From positions 928,118 to 968,117 of the forward strand of contig CAXXLK010000002.1 of the NCBI GenBank assembly GCA_963667755.2: a stretch of 40,000 bases of DNA. Direction: 5' to 3'. The notes under the pieces are model-generated. The model was given only the letters and a program-made list of their open reading frames with translations, was not told where the DNA came from and searched no databases. The translations under genes and the position numbers were made by a program. This document shows positions 28,726 to 35,820 of the stretch, in pieces; the stretch's first letter is position 1, and each line of letters opens with the position of its first letter. This DNA comes from Desulfobacterales bacterium (lineage in GTDB: Bacteria > Desulfobacterota > Desulfobacteria > Desulfobacterales > 4572-123).

Positions 28726-30120
28726 TTAACTATTTTTTTCGATGGCGTTCTTGACGGCGGTTAGTATTTGGTCCATCTGTTCTTTAGTGGCGACAAGGGC
28801 CGGCGCAAAGAGCATCATGGTGTTCATACCCGGCAGGCTGGAGTTGGTTCTGCCCACCAGCACGCCCTGGGCGGCCACATCCGCCACCAGTTTACCCATA
28901 AACGCTTCGGAAACAGGCGTTCTGGATGCCTTGTCCGTCACGAACTCCACTCCACAGAAAAGACCTTTGCCGCGTACGTCTCCAACAATGGGAAAATCCA
29001 AAAACGCTTTCAGGCCATTGAGCAGATATTCGCCTACCACCCTGCTGTTTTCCACAAGGTTTTCATCATCAATGATACGGGCCGTCTCAAGACCCGCGGC
29101 CATGGCGCCGGTACACCCGCCATAGGTACTGATATCCCGGAAATAATTCAATCGCTTTTCCGGTGTCCCGGTATCGAGGAACAGGTTAAAAATGTCATCG
29201 CTTATGGCGGTAACCGATAACGGTTCATAGCAACTGGCAACGCCCTTGGCCATAGTCACCATGTCCGGCGTTACATCATAATGTTCATGGCCCCAGAATT
29301 TTCCGGTGCGGCCGAACCCGCAGACCACCTCGTCAAAGATCAGGTAGGCCCCGTATTTTTTGCAGATTTGCTGGAGTATGGGATAGTATTCCTGGACGGG
29401 TACCAGGATGCCGCCGCCGGCAACAATGGGTTCCACGATCACCCCCCCCACGGTGTCCGGCCCCTCTTTTAGAATGACATCTTCCAGGGCGCGGGCGCAT
29501 TCGATGTTACAATCCGGATAGGTCTTGCCAAAGGCGCACCGGTAGCAAAGCGGGTGGGGAAACTCGGCAAACCCTTCAGCCATGGGTCCGAAATGCGCTT
29601 TTCGTTCACTCTGTCCCCCGGCACTCAATGCCCCGATGGTGGTACCGTGATAGTCCCGGTCCCGGTAGATCACTTTGAATTTACCTTTACGGTCATCGTT
29701 GATTTTCGCAAGCTGCCGGATGATCTTAAAGGCCTTCTCATTGGCTTCGGAACCGGAATTTGAAAAAAATATTTTCTTTTGATGGGGAAGCTTCTCTGCG
29801 AGTTTTTTAGCAAATTTAATGGCGGGGACTGTGCCGACCGCACCGGCGTAGTAGCACAGTTTTGTCAACTGTTCAGCCACCGCCTCGGCAATACTTCTGC
29901 GACCGTAACCCACCACCACGCCCCACACACCACCGGAGACTGCATCAAGATATTCCCGGCCCCGGATATCTTTTACCACAAGGCCGTTGCCTTCCACGAT
30001 AACCATCTGTTCCTTGTCTGCAAAGACACTATGGTCCTTGAGATGATGCCATAAAAAATCTTTGTCCGCTGCAACCATTTCTTCCACATCGTAATCAAGC
30101 CAGTTTGTTTTCGGATCCAT
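28726..30120 (-). CDS. Class-III (omega) aminotransferase, PLP-dependent
   Basis: 464-aa ORF with FFSNSGSEANEKAFK, LIFDEVVCGFGRTGK and DMVTMAKGV (PLP-lysine region). Its stop lies 22 nt upstream of the mttB copy 1 start. An AAGGAG RBS is present. Confidence 0.85.
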   Translation of the reverse strand: MDPKTNWLDYDVEEMVAADKDFLWHHLKDHSVFADKEQMVIVEGNGLVVKDIRGREYLDAVSGGVWGVVVGYGRRSIAEAVAEQLTKLCYYAGAVGTVPAIKFAKKLAEKLPHQKKIFFSNSGSEANEKAFKIIRQLAKINDDRKGKFKVIYRDRDYHGTTIGALSAGGQSERKAHFGPMAEGFAEFPHPLCYRCAFGKTYPDCNIECARALEDVILKEGPDTVGGVIVEPIVAGGGILVPVQEYYPILQQICKKYGAYLIFDEVVCGFGRTGKFWGHEHYDVTPDMVTMAKGVASCYEPLSVTAISDDIFNLFLDTGTPEKRLNYFRDISTYGGCTGAMAAGLETARIIDDENLVENSRVVGEYLLNGLKAFLDFPIVGDVRGKGLFCGVEFVTDKASRTPVSEAFMGKLVADVAAQGVLVGRTNSSLPGMNTMMLFAPALVATKEQMDQILTAVKNAIEKNS

Positions 30121-30240
30121 ATTTCAATCTCCTTTTCTAATACAAAAATTAGCAGGCAATACGAGAAAAACAGTAGCGCCCATAACTCTTTTTGTTCAGA
30201 CACAGGCGCATATCGCTTACCCCATGCTTACCTGTTGTGA

Positions 30241-31815
30241 TTATTTCGCATCCGGCATGGAAGAGATGGTCCCATCCCAGGTGTCCACGAGGCCGCAGGC
30301 TTCCTGGTCTTCGGGAAACCAGGTGGCGGTGACGCATTTGGATTCGGTAAAGAAACTGATACCATCTTTGCCCATCACATGCAGATCTCCAAAAAAGGAT
30401 TGTTTGTGACCTGTAAAACCGAAAATACCCAGTGGTACCGGGATGCCGACATTGACACCCACCATGCCGGCATCGGTCCGTTTGGAAAATTCCCGCGCGT
30501 AATGGCCGTTCTGGGTATAAATGACCGAACCGTTGGCAAAACGGCTGCTGTTCATCAAGGCCAGTCCTTCCTCAAAATTTTGGACCCGTTTGACGCAGAG
30601 TACCGGGCCAAAGACTTCCTCCCAGCCGATGGTCATTTCCGGTGTCACATGGTCAAAGATGCAGGGCGCCAGATAAAAACCGCCCTCATGACCCGCTACC
30701 TTGGGATTACGGCCGTCCACGATCAGTTCGGCGCCCTCTTCGATTCCTTTTTCGATCCAGTCGGTGATAAACTTCAGATGGCCCGCGTTCAAGATGGGCC
30801 CCATGCCGGTGTCCGGGTCATAGGCAGGGCCAAGGTTCATTTCGGCTACAAATTTTTTCAGCAGCGCAATCAGTTCATCCGCAATGCACGCTTCCACAAC
30901 GATCACCGGGCAGGCCATACACCGGGCACCGGCACAGCCGCAATAGGCATTGATAATACCCCTGGCGGTTCGCTCCAGTTTTGCATCCCGCATGACCAGC
31001 GCATGGTTTTTGGCTTCGGTGAGGGCCTGCACGCGCTTACCGTTGGCAGCGGCGGTGGCATAGATGTGTTTGCCGGTTTTGGTGGATCCCACAAAAGACA
31101 CCCCTGCAATATCGGGATGGCTAAGGAGAATCTCGGCCTCATTACGGCCTGCGGTGACCAGATTGAGGACCCCCTCGGGCAGTCCGGCCTCATGCCAGAG
31201 TTCCAGGAGCCGCATGGACGTCTGGGGCACAAAACTGGCGGCTTTCAGCACCATGGTATTGCCCGTGGCGATACACAGCGGTGCCATCCAGCCATGGGGA
31301 ATCATGGCGGGGAAATTCCAGGGTGCAATACCGGCGAAAACACCGACGGGGTGTCTGTAGAGAACCGTGTCATATCCGGCGGAAGCGTTCATCAGGGATT
31401 CTCCCTTCATCAAATGGGGGGTCCCGCAGGCAAATTCGACCACTTCGTTGACTTTCAGTACATCGCCCATGCTTTCCCGCCAGTTTTTACCTTCTTCCTG
31501 GCACAACAGGTGGGTCAGTTCTTCCAGGTGTTCATCCACCAGCGCTTTCATACGATACAAAACCTGAACCCGTTTACTGACCGGGGTGTCGGCCCAGGCC
31601 GGAAACGCCGCTTTAGCGGAATGAATGGCCGATTCGACCTCTTCGGATGTGCACTGGGGCGCCATGGCGATCACTTCGCCGGTGGACGGATTATAGCAAT
31701 CCATGTATTTTGTTGCTTTTGATTCAAGCCACTGCCCGTTGACGCAGTATTTCAGTTTTTTGACCGAATTTTTTGAAGACGACCCACTCTCCATAAAATA
31801 TCGTGATTTTTGCAA
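30241..31815 (-). CDS. mmsA: CoA-acylating methylmalonate/malonate-semialdehyde dehydrogenase family aldehyde dehydrogenase
   Basis: 524-aa ORF with [32 protein letters not shown], and EAKNH in place of the ELGGK general-base segment, as in MmsA/IolA-type enzymes. The [10 protein letters not shown] catalytic-Cys region is present. The track start at 31815 is a TTG lying 10 nt after AGGAG; the alternative ATG is at 31794. Confidence 0.8.
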   Translation of the reverse strand: [524 protein letters not shown]

Positions 31816-31904
31816 AATGTTATATCTCCTTTATTTTTACGGTTTTTGTTAAATTATTAGTTGATCTATACGGAAGAATGTAAAAAATATTTTTGAATTT
31901 TTTT

Positions 31905-31986
31905 AAGGCTCCTCGCTGTTACATATGGGTAAATTTGACCGACTGCAGTCCCGGGCACCCACACGAAACAGCGAGGAACCTTTTTT
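31905..31986 (+). terminator. Long-stem hairpin followed by T6 (terminator-like structured element in the divergent intergenic region)
   Basis: Arms GGCTCCTCGCTGTT (31907-31920) and AACAGCGAGGAACC (31967-31980) pair at 13 of 14 positions, plus flanking A-T pairs. The 46-nt loop holds GGGT/ACCC and the palindromes GACTGCAGTC and CCCGGG. TTTTTT follows at 31981-31986. Confidence 0.45.
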
Positions 31987-32244
31987 AAAGATACTGTTTT
32001 AGTCATATAGCCTTGATAACTACGATGTCAAGTAAAAATAACCGTCCTTTTTACTTTTTCAGTTTATTATTATTTTATTTTCTACGTTTTAGCTTTTTTT
32101 TGTTTGAATTTTTATAATAATAGTGATAATTGAATTCTATTCTACTCCATAATAGGCATTTCAAACTAAACTGCGCGTCAACTTGAAACATTTCCATGAT
32201 GGGAGAATATCTCCATCTAAGTGTTAAAAAAAAGAGGCATTTTA

Positions 32245-32739
32245 ATGGAAAATCGAAAATTAAAGAAAAAAAACAAAACGCTGGACTTGGTCGATTGTGA
32301 AATTATTAATCTGCTGCAAAAGGACGGTAGGATCTCAAATACCGATATTGCAAAAAAAATGAGTATTTCTGAAGGAACCGTTCGCACCCGCCTGAATCGG
32401 TTGATTAAAAGCGAAATCATTCAGATTGTCGCTGTCAGCAACCCCATCAAACTCGGCTTTAAAATCGTGGGGCAAATCAGGATTCAGATAGATGTCGGCA
32501 AGATGGAGAATATTATAACAAAACTGAAAAAATTAAAAGCCCTATGGTTTATCGTCCAGACCACCGGGGGAACCACCGGTCTTGAAGCCGAATTTAACGT
32601 CAAGTCTCTGGATGAACTCAATACGTTGATTTTTGAAAACATCAACAAGATAGACGGCGTCATCAAAACCGATGTCTCCCTGATAATGGATTTTATCAAG
32701 CGACGATATGACTGGGGTACGGTGATGGATGAAAAATAA
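32245..32739 (+). CDS. Lrp/AsnC-family transcriptional regulator
   Basis: HTH segment DCEIINLLQKDGRISNTDIAKKMSISEGTVRTRLNRL plus a C-terminal RAM-like domain. I prefer the ATG at 32245 (AGAGG 7 nt upstream) over the GTG at 32221 used by the track. Confidence 0.85.
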   Translation: MENRKLKKKNKTLDLVDCEIINLLQKDGRISNTDIAKKMSISEGTVRTRLNRLIKSEIIQIVAVSNPIKLGFKIVGQIRIQIDVGKMENIITKLKKLKALWFIVQTTGGTTGLEAEFNVKSLDELNTLIFENINKIDGVIKTDVSLIMDFIKRRYDWGTVMDEK

Positions 32740-32765
32740 AAAACGCTCTTAAAAAGGAGGAAAGC

Positions 32766-34157
32766 ATGGGAAAAATTAAAACCCGAATGGGCGATGGCTT
32801 CAAGGTCGAGATGACCGAAAGCGAAGTCCGAAAAGCCCTGGAGGAAGGGACTCAGGATGCGGCAGAGCGTGCCCGGGTCGAGCCATTGTCGCCGGATGAT
32901 CTCCAACGGATTTTTGAGATTTTTACCTGTCCTTATCGAATCGTTGGCGTTGATGAGGGCAATGAGGTGGTTCTTACCTACGACAGTCTTAACACCAAAA
33001 TCAAACGGGCACAGATTTCAGCCAGCAAGATCCAGTCCCTTCAGATTTGTGAAAGGGCCCTGGGGGCAGACACCCTGGAGCTTGCCCATATCGACTACAG
33101 TTATAAACCGGTAAAACCGATCATTCCCTTTGAAAAACCGATAATGGAGCAGGCCGTCCTGATCACAATCCCGGCATTGCTCTATGGCGCCATGCCTAAC
33201 CTGGGGCTCTACAGCCAGCCGGACGGCCCATGTCCTAATCCGGCGGATCTTCTTCCCAATGGAAAAATCGCTGAAGCCAGGGCATCCTATGAAGAGGCTG
33301 CCGAATACGCCATAGCGGATATGGTTTACGTGGGTAGCGAGATGTATGAATCCGGCGCCGACGGCATCAATTTTGATACCACGGCTGCAGCCGGGGATGC
33401 GGAATTTTATGCAACTCTCAAAGCGGTGGAGATTCTCAGAAAAAAATATCCCGCCATGGGCATCCAGATGGGTATGGCCGCGGAATTCGTATTGGGAATG
33501 CACGGAGAGATTGAATATAACGGTGTCCGTCTGGCCGGGCTCTACCCTCACCAGCAAGTCAAACTCGCCGAAGAAGCCGGGGTAAACATTTTTGGACCGG
33601 CCGTCAATATCGTCACCAATGAATCGTTGCCCTGGAACATTGCCCGTTCCGTTACCTGGACCAAAGCCTGCACGGATGTTGCAAAGATTCCGGTACACGC
33701 ATGCCTGGGAATGGGTGTCGGCGGTGTCCCCCTGGCGCTTACACCGCCCATAGATGCCCTTTCACGGGCATCAAAGGCCCATGTAGAGATCTGCAGGCTG
33801 GACGGGTTGTAGGTGGGTGTCGGAGACCCGTGCGGGATGCACGCTGCACATGCAATAGTATCGGGACTGGGTGGCATACGCACTGCCGGAGATCTGGTAG
33901 CACGAATGCAACTAAATGGCTCGATGAAAATTGATGCAGCAAAAAAACATGTCGCGGATAAGTTGAAAATTTCTGTCGCGGATATTGCGGACCCGGTGGT
34001 GATGAACGAACTCCGGGAAGATCTGGATATCGGCCGCGTCAATGAGGCCCCCGGTGTGGCCAAGGGTATTGATGCGAAGTTTAGGATTGCCAGGCTTCTG
34101 GACATTAACATCAACTCGGTGAACATATTCAAGGAGAAAATAGAACGCGACATATGA
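32766..34157 (+). CDS. mtbB: Dimethylamine:corrinoid methyltransferase MtbB with in-frame UAG (predicted pyrrolysine)
   Basis: Track ORFs 32766..33812 and 33813..34157 are contiguous in one frame and separated only by TAG at 33810-33812: ...SKAHVEICRLDGL[TAG]VGVGDPCGMHAAHAIVSGLGGIRTAGDLVARMQ... It is colinear, as far as I recall, with Methanosarcina MtbB (HIDYSxKPVKP, LxYGAMPNxGLY, ASGADGxNFDTTxAAGD, LAGLxPHQQ, DGx-Pyl-xGVGDPxGM, GDLVARM). The TAG is codon 349 of 463. An AAGGAGG RBS is present. Confidence 0.85.
33810..33812 (+). other. In-frame UAG, candidate pyrrolysine codon (mtbB)
   Basis: GAC GGG TTG TAG GTG GGT GTC GGA. Conserved MtbB sequence runs on both sides in the same frame. Confidence 0.85.
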
Positions 34158-34302
34158 TTTTACATCACGGGGCGTTCCTGTATTGGACCTGAAAATTGTT
34201 TAAATGCCCCCGGCTTCTCGAAGACCGGAAGCCGCGGAAAAAATGTCCGGCGGTTACCCCAAACCAAAGATCGGAGAGTTGTCTTTTAAAAGGAGATGGA
34301 CG

Positions 34303-34955
34303 ATGACGATAATTGAAGTACGCTTTGAAGAAGCCAAAAAGCCATGGTAGCGTGTGACGCTGAAAATGCCTCGCTGGTGGCGACACAGGGTTTAGCAGAT
34401 GGGATTGACCCTGTTGAATTTTTGAACAAGGGATTCATTCCCGGAATAAATGAGGTCGGAGGGCTTTTCGGTAAAGGCCGGTTGTTTCTTCCCGAATTGA
34501 GTATCGCCGCAGAAGCCATGCGACAGGTAACCGATATTATTAATGGTGCACTTGGAGCCGCCGGAACGATTTCAAAAAAGGCAGGGAAAATTCTCATGGC
34601 CACTGTTCAGGGTGATGTTCATGATATCGGTAAAACCATTGTGGTGTCACTTTTCAAAGCCAACGGATTTGAGGTGCTGGATTTGGGGCGAGATATTTCC
34701 AACGAAAAAATTATTGAAGAAGCTGTGCGGTTTGAAGCCGATATTATCGGTACCAGGGCGCTTCTCACCACTACTATGCCCGCCCAATAAAAACTTGAAA
34801 AAGAACTGAAGAAAGCCGGCCTGAAGGGAAAAATCAAGACAATTGTTGGTGGGGCGCCCGTAACACAGAGATGGGCCCAGCGCATCGGCGCAGATGCTTA
34901 CGCCCGGGGCGCATCTGATGGTGTTCAGAAAGCAAAGCTGATGATAGGGCTATGA
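34303..34955 (+). pseudogene. Corrinoid (B12-binding) protein gene downstream of mtbB, apparently inactivated (MtbC-like)
   Basis: Cap and B12 domains are recognisable (GDVHDIGKT = DxHxxG; ALLTTT; IVGGAPV). There are three lesions. (1) The RBS-proximal start, ATG at 34303 (MTIIEVRFEEAKK), is out of frame with the body starting at 34344, consistent with loss of one A in the A5 run at 34336-34340. (2) An in-frame TAA at 34788-34790 aligns with a Lys of the paralog at 35143-35772. (3) The SxL Ser is replaced by Arg (GTRALL). The conserved C-terminus KLEKELKKAGLKGKIKTIVGGAPVTQRWAQRIGADAYA continues in frame to the TGA at 34953-34955. Confidence 0.7.
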
Positions 34956-34998
34956 ATTAGAATGGTCTGGCTCCTGCCCTGGTTGAATTATGGTTTAA

Positions 34999-35043
34999 CC
35001 CTGCAACGTAATCTTGTTATATCCGCAAGGTAATGTTGCAGGG
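34999..35043 (+). other. Extended hairpin downstream of the plus-strand mtbB/corrinoid unit
   Basis: CCCTGCAAC (34999-35007) pairs with GTTGCAGGG (35035-35043), with an inner CTTG/CAAG helix and symmetric GTAAT internal loops. There is no U-run, so a terminator role is uncertain. Confidence 0.3.
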
Positions 35044-35051
35044 GTGATGCC

Positions 35052-35112
35052 GGAAAAAAATAGCCCGGTTCCTCAGGGACTGCATGAATGCAGTATACTT
35101 TGGGACCGGGCT
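35052..35112 (-). terminator. Rho-independent terminator candidate for the mttB-mttC unit
   Basis: On the minus strand, AGCCCGGTCC (35112-35103) pairs with GGAACCGGGCT (35072-35062): a 10-bp stem with one bulge and an inner ACTGCAT/ATGCAGT helix. It is followed by ATTTTTTTCC (35061-35052) and starts 31 nt after the mttC stop. Confidence 0.6.
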
Positions 35113-35142
35113 AAAAATCAAACTTTTAAAACAGGCTGAATA

Positions 35143-35772
35143 CTATACCAGAGATTTGGCCAGCTTGGTGGCTGAACCGGCATCTGCGGCATATCCGTCG
35201 GCACCGATTTCATCGGCATATTTCTGGTTTACCGGGGCACCGCCGATGATGACCTTGACCTTGTCGCGGTATCCGGCTTCAACCAGAGCGTCGATGGTTG
35301 TTTTCATCATACCCATGGTAGTGGTGAGCAGGGCAGAGATGGCAACTATGGTGGCGCCCTGGTCTTTTACGGCGGCCACAAAAGTTTCCGGGGCTACGTC
35401 AACACCCAGGTTGATCACCTCAAAACCGGCGCTTTCCAGCATCATGGCCACCAGGTTTTTACCGATGTCATGCAGGTCGCCCTTGGCCGTACCCATGGCA
35501 ACTTTGCCGGCGGCTTTGGCATCTTCTACGGACAGCAGGGGTTTAAGTATTTCCACTGCTGCGGCCATGGCCTTGGCGGCCATGAGCACTTCGGGGATAA
35601 ACATATCGCCGTTCTGCATTTTTTCGCCGACAATATCCATGCCTTTGATCAATCCGTCATTGAGAATATCTTTTGCTTCCATTCCCTCGTTCACGGCGGC
35701 TTGCACAAGCGTTTTCAATGTTGCTGCATCGCCGGCTATCAGTGTGTTCGAAAGTGCGTTTAAATCTGCCAT
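35143..35772 (-). CDS. mttC: Methylamine-type corrinoid protein (MttC-like, B12-binding)
   Basis: 209-aa ORF with a helical cap domain plus GDLHDIGKN (DxHxxG), SALLTTT (SxL) and IIGGAPV (GG). It lies 48 nt downstream of mttB copy 2 and has an AAGGAG RBS. It terminates in TAG (35143-35145). The symbol is assigned by context only. Confidence 0.8.
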   Translation of the reverse strand: MADLNALSNTLIAGDAATLKTLVQAAVNEGMEAKDILNDGLIKGMDIVGEKMQNGDMFIPEVLMAAKAMAAAVEILKPLLSVEDAKAAGKVAMGTAKGDLHDIGKNLVAMMLESAGFEVINLGVDVAPETFVAAVKDQGATIVAISALLTTTMGMMKTTIDALVEAGYRDKVKVIIGGAPVNQKYADEIGADGYAADAGSATKLAKSLV

Positions 35773-35820
35773 TGTCTTTGTCTCCTTTGTTTCTAGTTGA
35801 TAAAAAGTTCTGTTACCGGG

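Noticed and set aside
30379-31722. 447-aa plus-strand ORF
   Set aside because: It is antisense to the mmsA-like aldehyde dehydrogenase, which has unmistakable ALDH motifs. There is no RBS or family signal on the plus strand.
31907-31980. The 74-nt hairpin element as a tRNA (possibly tRNA-Pyl)
   Set aside because: The length is tRNA-like, but the terminal helix is 14 bp rather than 7. No D, anticodon or T arms can be drawn on either strand, and there is no CUA anticodon loop.
33829-33843. Small hairpin CGTGC-gggat-GCACG 16 nt after the mtbB TAG, as a PYLIS-like element
   Set aside because: A 5-bp stem is indistinguishable from background. No comparable structure follows the two mttB TAG codons, and the need for such elements in Pyl decoding is itself doubtful.
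34303-34350. Short upstream ORF MTIIEVRFEEAKKPW ending in TAG, as another Pyl read-through
   Set aside because: Reading through this TAG gives RVTLKMPRWWRHRV and then a stop, with no corrinoid-protein similarity. A one-base shift in the A5 run restores the expected cap-helix sequence, so this is a frameshift and not recoding.
34788-34790. In-frame TAA in the corrinoid gene as a programmed recoding event
   Set aside because: No known recoding system reads UAA. The gene also has an N-terminal frameshift and a substituted SxL serine, so decay or sequencing error is the simpler explanation.
34967-34978. Exact 12-mer CTGGCTCCTGCC repeated at 34967-34978 and 37658-37669 (considered as a B12-box-like or shared operator motif)
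   Set aside because: Dozens of 12-mer coincidences are expected by chance in 40 kb on two strands. The resemblance to the cobalamin-riboswitch B12 box is limited to CCTGCC, and no other riboswitch core elements surround either copy.
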